Shown here: positions 1-17,472 of the stretch, piece by piece | Numbering within the stretch: the first letter of the stretch is position 1 | Layout of the letters: the number at the start of each line of letters is the position of its first letter | Source: the human T2T-CHM13v2.0 reference genome, Homo sapiens | Reading direction: 5' to 3' (one strand) | Assembly (NCBI RefSeq): GCF_009914755.1 | Contig: NC_060925.1 | DNA: 64,000 bases | Made by a program: the position numbers and the translations under genes | The notes under the pieces: model-generated | Database searches by the model: none | What the model was told of the DNA's origin: nothing | The model's input: the letters and a program-made list of their open reading frames with translations, nothing else

Positions 1-2121
1 TGGTTGTCTCTGAGTGTTAAGATTATGGACTATTTTTCTGCTTCTTTGTGTATTTTTAGTCTTTGCACATGTTCTACAAAGAATAAATTACTTGTGTAAT
101 CATAGGAAATAAATACTACCTCTTACCCTCTCCCCTGCCCCAGTCTGGCATAATTGAAAAATGAACGCTTAGAGAAAGGAGGTCACCCAAGATCAGACTT
201 CAGAGTTCAAATTTAATAAGATCTACTTGTTATTCACGATAGAGTTTGTCAAACATTTTCACCAAATTTTAGCAACAAGTTTGAGTGCTGCAGGAGATAA
301 CGAGAAGTGAAAAGATGGTGAGGGAGACAAAACAAAACAAAATTGGCAAAGAAAAAGATGGCATTTTAAATAGCAACACGAACAGTCTGCCTAAGGACTA
401 ATCTACTGTGTGAGAAAATGATTTTTAATTGAAAAGTTCTTTTTGAGAAAGTTTTTTAAAAGTCTTATATAAAAATATGGAATATATAAGAATTTAACTA
501 ATACCTTGTGTTTAGGGTGCATTATAACTGTATAAGGAATTTTTACATGAAAATTTGGGAGAACAAGAGAGAACATCATGTAATAATGTGATTAAACTTG
601 TTACTCAGCCATTTTACAAATTCTGGAATATAAAGGACAAGGTAGAGTATGTTCCAAGGCAGGCAGTGGCCACACACTGCTTGGCTTGTAGGCCCTATTA
701 GGGATTTTGGTGTTTCTCCTAAAAACCAGTGGAAAACCACTGAAGTATTTTAAGCAAGAAGTAGCTTGATCAGGCTTGAGTTTCAAAAGGTTCACTTTTT
801 TTTTTTTTTTAAACAGGGGTCATATCAGAAAGATATGTTTGATGAAATTAACTACAGAATCAAGAAGTATATACTCAAAAATGCAAATACTACAATATAT
901 AAGACAGTGTAAGTGCATTTTCATTAAAAAATGAATTGTGTGAGTCCCAGAAGTTACAAGATTACACCGAGAAGAACGAGTGATCATAAAGTAAAAATAT
1001 TCACGATTGAACTGACCACTTATGGAACTAACCCATGCTGTACTTTCTCTCTCCCACAACGTGGCCCTGGTTTCTGTTTCTATCGTCTCTGTTCCACCTC
1101 TGTCCATCTTATGTTATCTGTCTCTCATTGACTGTTGGTGGTTGACAATACCATGTGAACACAGAGTGAAATTACATCTCTTACAAAATATGAAGGATTT
1201 CATACAGACAATAAAGGTGATATTGGAGAACTGCTTCACCAATCATGGTCATTAACTGTGAGGATCTGTGAGACTTTAACCAGCACAGCATCACTGTGGC
1301 TGACTCAGCAATTTTTTTCCACTACCAATGATTAACCTAAGCAGATGATGGTAGTCCTGTTCCTTTTACCACTTATTTATTTCAGAATGAGTTAAGCAGA
1401 CATTAAAAGCGGACTATAACTGAGGGTCTCTTTTTAAGATTTTCAAGTTTGGAAAATTCTGCTTTGATGCTAAGAGGCAGAATAAAACCCAGAAAGATTC
1501 ATTCAATCTGACTTATTAATATTTGGAAGAGGTCAGTTTATTCTGCTCAGTTCAATTAAAATCAAATAACTTTAGTGGATAGGAATTATTCAAAAGTTTT
1601 TAATACTAGGATCTATTACTCTAGGCAAGCCATACCTAAGTAATCTATACAGTTAGGGGCAGGCTAATTTCAGGCAGCAGGAAACAGTCAGCTAAAATAG
1701 AGCAGAGACGGAGGAAAATACCACTTGGAGTGCCACTCACATGTTTAAGGGCAGACATGAAAAGGTAGGCAAGTGTTTCTCTTTCTTTTGGCAAGCATTT
1801 TATAGGAAAAATTCTACAAAGCTAGGAGACTACCTGGTAAAGCTAAGCCCATTTAGAAGGGGAGGGAAGGAAGAAAATAATGCAAAAAGTCAGAGTTCAG
1901 TATTGACAAGGGATCTTTTCATTGCATGTGATTGATGACTGACGGTTTGCCCCTGCTTTTTGATTCCTGTTTGCTGATTTCCCATTTTATTTACCCATAA
2001 TCCACTCATTACTCTGATAAACCATGGAAGCAGTGGTCCACAAATCTGTGTTAGTTTCTCTGTTCTCTCTGCAGTCTTTTAGAGGTACCTGCTAACACAG
2101 CTTTAAAGATCCCCTGTAAGT

Positions 2122-2281
2122 CAAAATTAGCTATGCTTGGTGGCACATGCCCATAGTCCCAGCTACTTGGGAGGCTGAGGCAGGAGAATTGCTTGAACCC
2201 GAGAGGTGGAGGTTGCAGTAAGCGGAGATGACGACTGGGTGACAGAGCAAGACTCCATCTCAAAAAAAAAAAAAAAAAAAG
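2122..2281 (+). mobile_element. 5'-truncated Alu (right arm) with small internal deletion
   Basis: Alu right-arm consensus and A tail; TSD aaa(g/a)atcccctgtaagt at 2105-2121 and 2282-2298. Confidence 0.95.
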
Positions 2282-2448
2282 AAAAATCCCCTGTAAGTTA
2301 ATGACTTCCACTTTCTATCTCTTGCCTTGAACGCCCATACTTCCTTCTCCCTACAGATAATCTACCTTGAAAGAATTTGCCACCATCTCACTAAACAGGT
2401 CAGTTTAATAAAATCATTGACTCCTAATAATCTTTGCCACTGCAGTGT

Positions 2449-2950
<502 letters not shown>

Positions 2951-3357
2951 AACCTAACTAAGCCCTGGGTTTTGGCTGCTCTTCTGCATGGTTTGTTCAC
3001 TGTTCTCTGTGCATTTCTTCAGTCCTCTCTCCTTTGCCTGCACTCCACAACCACAAAGCAAGATGGCGACCCTCTTGCTCTCAACATTTGTGTAGAACCT
3101 CTTACAGAGTTGGGCTGTTTTTCTCCTATAGCTCTATTTAGTTGATACACAACAGGAAGTTGTCTTCAAGCATACTTTCTATCAAGGCATTATGCTATCC
3201 AGAATTCTGTATTGAATTCTGAATGTCTACTTTAAATAATTAAGATAACAGAACTCAAGGTTACCAACTCATTGACCTTTCCAGGTCCTTTTCCATTTCT
3301 CTTTAGAAATTGATCCGTTTTCTGTAGATTTCAAGTAGATTGATACTCTCCATCTCC

Positions 3358-3752
<395 letters not shown>

Positions 3753-4320
3753 TAACTTTTTATATTTTAGTTGCATTCTCCTTCACTAACATAATTTATT
3801 TCCAGTCACTCCTTAGATAATGCTACTCAATTCAGACAGTTCATTCTGTACTCACGTCTTCCTTTGTACTTTTTAATTGCTTATTTGTTGTTTTTGACAT
3901 CTTAGTGGAATTTTTGAGCTACTCAAAAGTGAGTGCTGTTTTAACTACCTCTTATAACCAGTAAGTGTTCTGTATACATAAAGCACACAATAAATGGCTA
4001 ATTAATATCCAGTTTTCTGTTGAACAAGTACAATACTTAAATCTTTTCTGCCTGAGCCAAGTCCGAGATATAACTCTCTTATCTACTATAGTGACTGGCC
4101 TGCATAGCCATCTGTCTAAACCCTCAGACTGAAATTCTTTAATGTGGAGATCTCTATCTGCAGACATGAATATGGCTTGATGATGATCAAAAATACTCCC
4201 CTCACTGAACACACAAGCCTTTGGTTGGCAGCCAAAGGCAATTATGTGTACAATCTGAAGCTATTTCTAATTCTGAGTTTCATGTCTTCAATGCTTTCTC
4301 CAAGAGCCACCCTATTTTCA

Positions 4321-4752
<432 letters not shown>

Positions 4753-5014
4753 CTAACCATATGTAATAGTCACATGGTTCTTTGTATGAGTCTGGCCTAT
4801 ACACAGTGCAGCATGGTGTTATGTACTTTTTTTTTTTAACTTGTTTTAAGTCTATATGTAACTTCTTGAGGATAGAGAAGATTGTATCTCTCTAGAGATA
4901 GAATGGTACAGCTACCAAGACTGGTACAGCTGGTAATGGCTCAATTTTTGTGGCTTAGCTGATCGACTGGACCAATGAGAGCTGAAATGATCAAGGTACA
5001 GGAGGTGATGCTGA

Positions 5015-5487
5015 GTGGTCCTCAAGCTTTGATATGCTTAGAATCACCTGGAAAACTTTTGATTCAGAACTTTTGATGCAGTAGACCTGGGATTGGTGGG
5101 AGGATTTGCATTTCTTTTTGTTGTTGTTGTTTTTGAGACGGAGTCTTGCTCTGTTGCCAGGCTGGGGTACAGTGGTGCAATCCTTGGCTCACTGCAACCT
5201 CTGCCTCCCTGGTTGAAGCGATTCCCCTGACTCAGCCTCCCAAGTAGCTGGGACTACAGGTGTGCGCCACCACACCCGGCTAATTTTTGTATTTTAGTAC
5301 AGATGGGGTTTCACCATGTTGGCCAGGATGGTCTCGATCTCCTGACCTCGTGATCTGCCTGCTTCACCTCCCAAAGTGCTGGGATTACAGACGTGAGCCA
5401 CTGCGCCCGGCCAGATTTGCATTTCTAACAAGTCCTTAGGTGATGCTGCTGCTGCTGCTCCAGGGATCACACTTTAAGAATCACTGC
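5015..5487. mobile_element. MER5A hAT MITE interrupted by an Alu
   Basis: gtggtcctcaag...agaatcacctgg...gcatttctaacaagt...cacactttaagaatcactg. Confidence 0.75.
5115..5412 (-). mobile_element. AluS inserted in MER5A
   Basis: TSD gatttgcatttct. Confidence 0.95.
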
Positions 5488-5981
5488 CCACAACTGTACC
5501 AGGAATTTAGCTTGTCTTTTGGGAGATTGGCGGGCAGAGCAGGATCTTGTTGAGTTGCAAGTGTCTGACAGCCTGACCATAATTTATGACTAGAGAGTGG
5601 TAGTCCAACCTTCCTCTCATATGTCCATGGGAGTGAACAAGCTGCTCTGTCTGTTTCATGAACACTTTTATTAGTTCGTCTCTGAGTCATGTTTAACATA
5701 CTTGATTACAATGTTAGGACAGAAACATTATGCTCAAAGCTCTAGGGATACTTCCAAAATGTCACCATTGAAAAGTACCAACCCAGGCAGCAGGGTTAGG
5801 ATTGCCCATCTCTTTAGTACTTGGACTATTACCTGTGGGTCTTGAACATTTTTGCAGGATATACAGGCAGAGGAGAGGAGGATGTTAGAGAAAGACTAAA
5901 GACTTCTGGAGTCAGCAGCCATGCAATCATGGTATTTAAGCACTCTAAGACTCATTTTTCTCTTCTTAAAAGCAGTATATT

Positions 5982-6315
<334 letters not shown>

Positions 6316-9300
6316 TTAAAAATGTATAAGATCCCTCTTTTTGTATGGAACACCCAATATTTCCTAATAAACAGTGACTAAGTTCCTATCTTTATAACTT
6401 TGTCATGGGGTCCCTATCTGCTCTGCAGAGATAGCTGGATGAGTTATGCCTCTGAGAAGGCAGGGGTGGCTGCAAACTGTGGATTTTGTCAGACCCACTT
6501 AAAAGCAGATATAGGGAGGCTAGTGATTTGAACAATTGGTATATAAGTACTAGATGAGAGTCTCCATGATACAGAAACTATGGCTCATGTAAGTGTTTTT
6601 TTGCTTTTTACTGTTGACAGGGTAAGCCTTGGACAGGAATTGGGAGTCCTTCAAATTTGTCTTAATGATCCTGACCTCTCCATTCTATGGCTCCTTTCTC
6701 CCAGTGTCTATCTCCCTATCAAATCTTACTCTCTGAAAGCTCTTTGCTCTCCTAACCTCAACCTGGTGAGATTGACTGTTACCATAAGCTCCTATTACGT
6801 GTGTCATATCCTTCAGGTGTACTCAGGTGGAAATAGACCAAGTGGAGAACCACTGTTTTTGCATTTTCAGTGTTAATCCTTATTGCTAACTGGGAATTGA
6901 AGGGCTCTCTCTTCTACTGAGGGAATCTCAGATACCAGCAAGCAGGTAAGAAAGACTAAAGTGCCTTAGATAGCTTCTACATGTAGATAAGATTGACCCT
7001 GTGTTCAAACTGAAGCTAACTATGTTATGTCCTTCTAATATGGACACGTAGCATCAGAAAAATCAAAATACATACATGGTACACACAACTGCCATTTGAA
7101 GCCAGTTTTTCTCATTGTAGGAAACTACTACAGGGGCAATCTCCAACCAGATTCTTTTACTAAAACATAGCATTTTGTTAGAATAAAAATGCTCTTAGAG
7201 CCTCTGTTAAAGGAAATAACTCTTTTGTTTTCATGATTTGAACCTCAGAAACTGAAAACACCTCGGGAAAGAAAAAGGACCCCTTCAGCTCTGCTGGGAT
7301 TCTGCAGTGTGGCTCCAGCATGTCTAGGGGTTTCAAACCTGATGCTAAGACCATCAGTCCTGCGATAAGGAGGAAGCTTAAAATAGCAGGAACAAAGGAC
7401 AGCTTATACAGTCCATAGAATATGAAGTGATGACAAGCACAGCAAAAAGAATTTGAGAGTGAAAAGGAAATTGCACAAGAGGGCAGGATAAAGAGATCCT
7501 AAATACCCCTAGTTTCAGTTTCTAGGAGGGGAAAAAATTCAAAGAATATTCCTACCTTTCAAAGGTATTTGTTCAAATGCAATGGCCTCCACTTAGTCTA
7601 CCAGAGTTCTTTATCTCAGTTATCTAACTCTTTGGATTTGCTCACGTGAGCTGAAAATCTCAGAGGCTTTTTTCCTGAGGTTCTCGAAAGACCCTGTTGC
7701 AGGCTTGAGGGGAAGATCATAGCTTTTTGTTTCGTTACCACTAGAATGGGTGACCAGGTGCTATGCCATTTCTTTTAGCTTTACAATAAAAAGGAGCTTC
7801 TTACCCACTCTTTTCTCAGCAGTACTATGGCAAGAGATCCCCAGAAGGAAAGACAGAGGGAGCTGAACAGTATTTAGTAAATCTGAACCACCTGGGATGT
7901 TTCTTTTCGATAATACACCCTCTCTTCAGAAAAAAAAAAATGTTCCACATTATATGCCAATAACATCCTCTATTCTCTGCTTAGTTTGATCATTATGGGT
8001 ACTTTGGGAAAGCATCTTATACTTTGTAAGTGACAGAGCTACCAAGACCTATTTGTATCGGGTACCAAGCTAGATAGAAACTGTATATAATTCACTCACT
8101 ACATTCTTGTAGAAACAGAATGTGGTAGCTATTTTTGGTCCTGTTTTGAAGTGACAGAATTGAGGCATAAAGAAGTTAATTTGTTTAGCCCATGCTCACA
8201 AATCTTGTAAGCAGCAGGATTCAGACTATGGTATGTAAGATTATAAACGCCTGCATTTCTCTGGTGGCCGTGAGATGTAGGCAACATAATCAGCCAAGGA
8301 ACAGAAAATTAGACACGTGTTGAAATTTGGTAATGAATCATTCTCCTGTCTCCCTCTAAATTCTAAACCAGATAGATAGTGGGATAAGATAAATGAATAT
8401 CAGTCTTTTTTTTGTACTGGAAATAGCAGATTCGGAAACATGGCTTGGAGGAGAGGCTATAATTAGGTTACCTAATTGCTTCCCCATGAGTTGAACCAAT
8501 GTACTCACCAAGCAGCAGACAGCCCAGTAAGAATACTGCAGGCTTTCCCCCTGCCCTAGCTTTCTTGCCCAGGGAAGGAGTGAAATTGGGACATGTTGGA
8601 ATCTGTTGGAAGGGGCTGGTTACACTGCCCTTTCCTCCATTCTTGCCAGTGTTCAGTTCCTTCTTCCATTCTTGCCAATCTGATAATTTACTCTTTTGCT
8701 CTTAGGAAGTAAAGAACAGATAGAAAGGACAAAAACGCCTTTCCCATTTTTTTCCTCTTTGGAATGAAATGTATTTTTTTCCCTTCCAAGGAAATATGAA
8801 GAGGTAGTGTTTAAATGTCTCCCTAAAAGTAATGAAACTATCTTTTTAGAAGTTTCTGTTTTGAATTCGCAGGAAAGATTTGTAATTGTTTCTAGTTGAG
8901 CTGAGTTGATTTTAATGCCTATAAACTTTGTGATCAGAGACAATACTTTAGCTTCCAAATTGCAAAATTAATGTTGGCTCATCTGCTTAAAGTCAGATAA
9001 CTCTACCCTTTGGGTAAGCAAGTGAAACACCCAGTCATTTTGGTGGAGAAAAGCAGTGGAGCCAATTGTTTAACCGGATTGGCCAAAAAAGAAATGAGAG
9101 GGATAGATTTCAGATGCAAGCCATATGCTTCTGTTCCAAGGGGAGAAAAGAAAGCAGTCAGAACATTTGGTGGAGAAGGAGGGCCTGAATGCAAATTTAC
9201 ATGAACAAAGGAACAGCCAAGGAGAAAGACATAGAAAGATGATATAACAGCTGCAGACAAATACGCAAGTTAAAGATGACTTTGATACTGGTGAAGAATG

Positions 9301-9834
9301 CTGACTAATTTTGTCAAGTTTTTGATGCTGAGACAACATCAGAAGCAACTTTCACCTTGTTCAGGGATGACCTTGTGTGTTCAAATTGCAAAGAACTTTG
9401 TGTGAGTCAGCAGCACCATCTTTGCATTTAACACAAAGTTGCTTAATTGAGGGACAAGATGATGGTCAAGCTCGTTTGATGCTTTTTGAGGGACATTGTG
9501 GCCAACATTTAGATTACATACTGTGTTTTTCCTCTTGGAGCTATGATTTCCACTAGAAGAAGGTCAAGAGTGTGACTTTGGCATATTGTGAATAGTTTGG
9601 TGATATATCCCAGATTTGTCTAGTGAATTTTAACATTTTGTTGATTAACATTTACTGAGAGTTCTTCACCTGATCTAGTTATTCTGAACATTCTTTGACA
9701 TGGTTATACTCTCTTTCATCTTGAAAACACATGTGTCAGTCAACCACATAACAACTGGCCCTTTACTGGAAGCAGATCAGAATTTTCATCCCAGGTCTGA
9801 CACTCACCTTTCTGTGAGCCTGAGGAAGTAACTT

Positions 9835-10080
9835 TATTCATTCTTTCAACAAATATTTTTTAGGTACCTACATCTTTTCAGCACTGGAGATGATTTCTGC
9901 CTTCATGGACTCTAAGCTGAGTGAGGAAGACAGACCATTAAGCAGGTCATTAAAACCAAGTGCCATAAGAGCTATTTTAGGGGACCTACAGGAAGGAGCC
10001 TATGGCAGTGCAGAGGAGATACGTCTGTCTTAAAGGGTCAGAGAGAGCTTTCTCATGGTTTAAGCTGAGTCTGAAGAGGT
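9835..10080 (-). mobile_element. L2 3' fragment
   Basis: attcattctttcaacaaatatt...ctgccttcatgga...gtgccataagagct is L2-like. Confidence 0.55.
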
Positions 10081-11249
10081 TAAATAAATATCCGAGGAGC
10101 AAGTGCTTTGAAAGAAAGGAACTGCGTTTTAGACAGGGAGAAAAGAGAGCTGCAAGCAGGGAACTTGAATTCAGAGAATTTCAGTTTGCTGAGAACACGA
10201 AGTGTGAGGAAGGCCAGAGGGAGCCTGGAGAGGTTGGGGGAGAGAGATAAGAGGAATGTGGTGGGAAGTAAGCTGGAAGAAGTAGGTAAGATCTTTGGTT
10301 CCTTTAAACACAAAATAGTAATAATAATGTCCACTACACACACAAATTCTGAGAATCAAAGGAGAAAATGTTCACAGAACAGTTTTGTAATCTACAAAGC
10401 ACTAGACAAAGGCAAGAAGACATTCTGACTGGGGTGTTGGCTGTAAACTGTGGTTCACTTTTCCAGGAGCAGGAACAGTTCTGCCCAGAGTTATGCTCTG
10501 AAGATCTTTTTGACCAACGTTGCAATGTGACAGGAGTTTTTTGTGAAAACATAAATTGCAATAATATGGTGTATTTGTGTATTTGTTTTCTATTTCCTTA
10601 TACATTTTTTATAGATGTCTTTATTAGTTACTATTGGCAATGCCTGGTATATATGGCCAACCAACATGAGAAACATTTCCCAGAACCCTGAAATCATATC
10701 ATAGAGGCAATGATCACACACAGAGGTGGTTTTAAGTACTCCCTGGACAATTGCTGTTTGCTCTGTCACCATCAATTCTAGGGTCTCTCGGTTGATAGCT
10801 GAATCAAGCTTAAGTTTTTTTTTCTATGTCTCAATTCATCCCTTCTTTCTGGTTTTGTTCTCAAGAATAAATTTTAGCAATGCATTGTGAGTAATTTTCT
10901 TCAGAAGAGCCAGCCAGTATTTCTCCTCTGTTGGTTAAACCCAAAACCTGGGTTTTTGCACCCAGCTTGTGGCTCAGGTCACTGTGTAAGCCTAGGACTC
11001 GTTATTTTTATATTTTCTTCCTCTGATAAGAGAGACTCGGGACACATAAGTGTTAAGCCTATCTAAATGGTTCACCCTGATTTCAAATGGATTTGTCATT
11101 TTCTAAGGAAAGGTATGTGTAGCTGGCGGATAGCTATAGTATGTGTACACACTTATAGTATGTGTGAACACTTATAACACTATAGTTTCGCGTAATTTCA
11201 GTACCTGGTTTCCAAGCTGCCAAGTTTCTTGAACAGAGAACGTGAGTGA

Positions 11250-11706
<457 letters not shown>

Positions 11707-12574
11707 AGTAAGACTTATCTTAACACATTTTTTGTTGCTGTTATTTTTGGCACAGACCTTTTTTTTTTTTAATCATTTTTGGAATCACAATTGTCTTTTT
11801 AACTTTGAAGTGTTTTCCCTTATATCTGGAAGATGGGGCGGGTGGTTCAGTGAGGTATCTGAGTTGGTGGAGATGTCTATGTTGGAAGGCAAGTTGGGAA
11901 GAGCAACGCAGAACATGGAGAAGGCTACTTTGGGAAGTTGTGGGGGTGCAAATGATATATTTTCTGCTGTTGAGAAGTCCGGTTAGCTTTGGCTTTTGAG
12001 AGTGTCACTCTGGGAATGTGCGTATGTCTGTGTGTGGGGGCAAGAAGGAGGCCACACCAGTGGGATTATAAAGAGGCTTTGAATTGTACCCCCACCACTC
12101 CACCAGAATTGTTAGAAACTTAGTTCCCAGATATCCACTCAACCCTCTTTGGCAGGATCCCTGGGAGGCTCAGTTGTCCTTCTTGGAAGCCAGTAAAATT
12201 CTTTGTTGGTGGTTGTGGAGGCCAGCATCTGATCAGCTGCTCAGTAGCCATAGCTGCTGCTTCTGTTGCCCTGGCTGCTGGACTTGGAGGCTTCCTGGTT
12301 GCTAGTGACTTGGCTTGCGCGGCTGCGCCCTGTCCCTGCTGGGGCTGGTTTATGTGGCTCTGATGGTTTTACATGCCGAAGTCACTCCTCTCCTATGTGT
12401 TCCTCAAGTGCTCTTCACAGTGGAACCAGGAGAACCTTACTGTTCTTTCTTCAATTCCCAGTATGGCCTCACTCTGTTTCTTGCAGCGCCCCCTAGTGTT
12501 AGCACACTTTCATTCAGTTATCTTTTCCATCTGTCTCTTGGCTCAAGTTCCTACAGATCAGGGTAGGAATCACA

Positions 12575-12760
12575 TAGGATTGTCCTATTTAGCAAATAAA
12601 GATAGAGAATGTCCAGTTAAATTTGAGTTTCAGATAAATAATGAAGAATTTTTTAACATAAGTATGTCTCAAATGTCACATGGGACATACTTATACTAAA
12701 ACATTCTTCATTGGTTATCTAAAATTCAAATTGAATTGGGTGTCCTGTATTTTATCAATA
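12575..12760. mobile_element. MER53 palindromic hAT MITE
   Basis: atttagcaaataaa...ccagttaaatttgagtttcagataaa...gggacatacttatactaaa...gggtgtcctgtattttat. Confidence 0.85.
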
Positions 12761-13179
12761 AATACTAGATTCAAATTAGTGATCTTCCCATTTCCAAGCC
12801 CCTCGTTACACTTAGAATATTGCTAGTGTAACAGATCGCATATGGAAAAGAAAGAAATTGGCTCCTTTTTAAAGCAAATTTTAGTATACAAGTACTCTGA
12901 GCAATGCAGCTGTGGACCAGGGCTAAGTTAATATGCTTTTTAAGAAGCATGGTTTCCTTAAAGTTTAATATCCAAAAGCTAGCTCCATAGTATTATAGTT
13001 TGAATTTCCAAAAGCGTGGACATTGAATTTGGCTTGCGAATAAATCTTTAGGAATTGAATAACTTTTTATTTACATCAAATGAGTAGTAGAATCTAATGA
13101 TTCAGACATCTGAATTGTGAAAAGTCAAAATATTTGTATATTGATTGGGTCATACAAGGTCATTTTATGGGAAATGTAA

Positions 13180-13500
<321 letters not shown>

Positions 13501-13599
13501 TATTTCCCTTTTTTTTTTTTTGGATGTAAAAATGTAATTCATTTTAGGGGGAAGGGACATTGTGTCTGCATGGTGGCAACAGTTTAGTGAACAGATCCA

Positions 13600-14358
<759 letters not shown>

Positions 14359-17306
14359 TTCAATAACTACAAACATGTTGCTTTAATAATTTGATTACAG
14401 ATTGAGAAAAAAGGTTTATTTTCTTACTTACCCATCATTTTGACAAATTAGAGTAATAAGGGAGATGTGTGGATAAGGATTTCTGACAGCACTGGCACTG
14501 GGGAAAACAAATGTCACTAGCTATCTCAGTAGGAGCTGCACAAAATGCAATTTCCTTTTTCGTTCCTTTTGTATTTCCTGATTTTACCTACACGTGTTGT
14601 TCTTGCTATATGAAGTCATAAGAATATTTAACTTCTAAATGGGGGACAGAAATAAATGAGAATAGTCAGACTCCAAATATAACCATTTAGAGCAATGATA
14701 AAATGATATTTCAAATTAATGAATAAATCATTTATTACATGCTACTTCCTTAAACAATGTCTTTAACATGATGTTAATGACTCTCTTTTAGTAAATTGTT
14801 CTCCAGGTAATTCCCACCTGATATTTTTCTCCAAGAGACAATTTTAGTCCCCAGGAAGAAGCCTACATTTTGACACTTTTGCAGCCAAAAGACTGGGCGG
14901 TTTTTTGGCTGACACCATAATTTTAAGAAGTGGTTTTTCTTTTGTAAAAGTAACCTGGAGTCTTCAAACAGCTGGCAACTTTTGGATTTTTGTGTAAAAT
15001 ATTTAGGGAAGAAATGTGAAATATTCAGTATAAAATATCTCAGTTCATAAGCTGAGGTGCTACTGATTTAAGTAAAGTGGAGAATAAAATAGAGTCAGTG
15101 ATTTACTCAGTTTACTCATTCATCCCATTCATTGATTCACTGGGCAAATATGAATCAAGGATTTACTAGGTCAGGTAGTATTTTGAGTTTGATTTTGGTG
15201 GATGAGCAGTCAGGCCTTTTGAGTGGAGATACTGTGAAGCTTTTGTTTCCCTGGTAGTTTTCTTTTTTGTATGAATTATCTAGATAATTGTGTAAACCTT
15301 CATATTAACTTTGGCTGTATATTGAAGCAGATAGTCTGAGTCCTAACACTGAAATGATACTCCAGAACATTGAGAAGGAAGAAAGCAATGTTACCGATGC
15401 TTAAATGCCACGGCATCCTTCCCACAAGAGGCTCTTGGGCATAGCTTACATTTCTCTGTCTCATTGCACACTCATGGGGATATTCTCAAGCCCTCTCCAT
15501 GTGTGCTCTGCCTGAGTGCCAAACTCGCTGCTGGTCACTGATGTGATCCCACAGCTAGCAGCCTGGCTATCCTCCCCTTCATTTGAACAGAGGAAGTTCT
15601 TCACCTTTTAGAACCCAATATTCACTCCCAGCTTTCCTACTTGAAAATTCGTTTGTTATCCTTCCCATATTTTCTCTAAACAAACTTTCTCAGAATGTTG
15701 TTAAAATTCTGAAAGGGATGACAAAAACTGTTGGTACAGGAAGGCGGCAGAGCAAGGATATGTCCAGTGGGAGAAAAGTTAAACCATTGCATGCCAATAA
15801 ACAAAGGTGAGTGCTGGGAAGCCAACTGACCTGCTATGTGGCACGAATGAATGAAACAAACCACTGTATTCCAGAAACAGGAAATAATGTCCATTAAGAA
15901 ATAACTGTTTCCCGTTTTGTTCCATCAGTCATAAAATGTCATCACGTGAGTTGTGATCAGTCTGTAACTCTATCCACATGATGCTTCAGCTTTTGTTCTC
16001 TCTTTTTCTTTTTGTCGGCCCGGTCTTTGCCTGGGAGGACTTTATGGTTCCACTGGGAGAGAAAGGGAGAAAAAGATCTTCTTGGTACTATTAAGCTTTT
16101 AAAGGACATTTACTTTTTTTCTTTTCCTACAGACCGCAACCAATTGCTCTTCCTTCCCATTGAAAGAAACCCAGGCTGTACCTGCTCTTTCATCTCCTGT
16201 GTGGAAAACATCTATCGGCTGGAAGCCCTGAGTCTTCATTTTCAAGGATTTTAGTTGTAAGCTGTTTAAGGCATAAGCTAAAGTTTCAGGCAGAGGTAAT
16301 TTTAGTAGTTAAGCCTGATTTTTACTTCCACCCTCTGTCCTCCAGGGCTATATGGGAAGCTTTCTGTGAGTGGATAAGCTCTTTAGCTAAGATGTAAACA
16401 TGTTCCCTGCTATCTGATAAAGGTTCCTGGAGACTGACACTTTAAAAAAAAAAAAAAAAAGAAAGTGAGGAAAAAAAGAAAAGGAGAAACTGAATCCAAG
16501 GCTTACAAAGGGATTAGAAAACTGTACCCCAGATGGAAAATTTTATGGGCTCTGGAGAAAATGTGTAAGTGAAATATCGGTATCATAAAATAACAGGAAA
16601 TAGTGTAATCTACCTGATGGAGAAAATTGTCACTTTAAAAAAACTATCCTAATTTCCTTCAAAATTGTTCTTGTTTTTGAGCCAATAAACTTCAGCTAAG
16701 CTCACCATGGGTCTTTCTTCTGCCAAACTCCTACTTACCAACAGAACCTTTGTGTGTTTACAATTGAAACTTTTCCATTCTATTTTTTTCTAATTAAAAT
16801 AAAGCCACCCAGAGGCGGACAGAAATCATACAATAAGGAAAGAAAATTGCTAATGATCTGGGTAAATTATGATCCAGAAGTTTAGAGGAAAATTAGAGTG
16901 CATATTATAGCAAAGAACTCAAAACAAATTTGGGGTCAACCCAAAGAAATGTATAAGGGGGAAATCCTAAGTTTTCCTTTAATAAGTAATAATGATAATA
17001 CAATTAGTTTTAACTATGTGCATGGTAGAAGATAAATCAGCAGATGAATGCCTGAGGCACTTACTATGGGGAAATGTGATAGTCATGTAATTTTTGCTTT
17101 GTTTTTTTTCTTCCCCTTCAACTGCTAGGATAGATTATATGACTTAGTAAACCATTGCTGAGTATACGAGGAAAAACTTGTTTGGTTGCTTAGACCACGT
17201 ATTATCAGGATTAATTTCCTCTTATCTATGCAGATTATTCTGACTGTGATAATTATGGCATTCCCAAAGGTAATGGTTTGAATTGATTTCATAATCCATG
17301 GTCTAA

Positions 17307-17311
<5 letters not shown>

Positions 17312-17341
<30 letters not shown>
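17312..17341 (+). repeat. (CA)n microsatellite
   Basis: About 15 AC units. Confidence 0.95.
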
Positions 17342-17342
<1 letters not shown>

Positions 17343-17472
17343 CCTATTCAACAACATGAAAGTTGGCCAGGCCTTGTGCTAAGTGCGGTGGAGAATAGGA
17401 AAAAGATGAAATAGAATTCAAAGACATAAATACAAATGCAAAAATAATTCAAGGTAGAAAGTGATAAATGTC

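Noticed and set aside
3055-3165. YY1-like CAAGATGGCG plus ETS CAGGAAGT as a promoter
   Set aside because: There is no CpG island or downstream exon support, and isolated motifs are insufficient.
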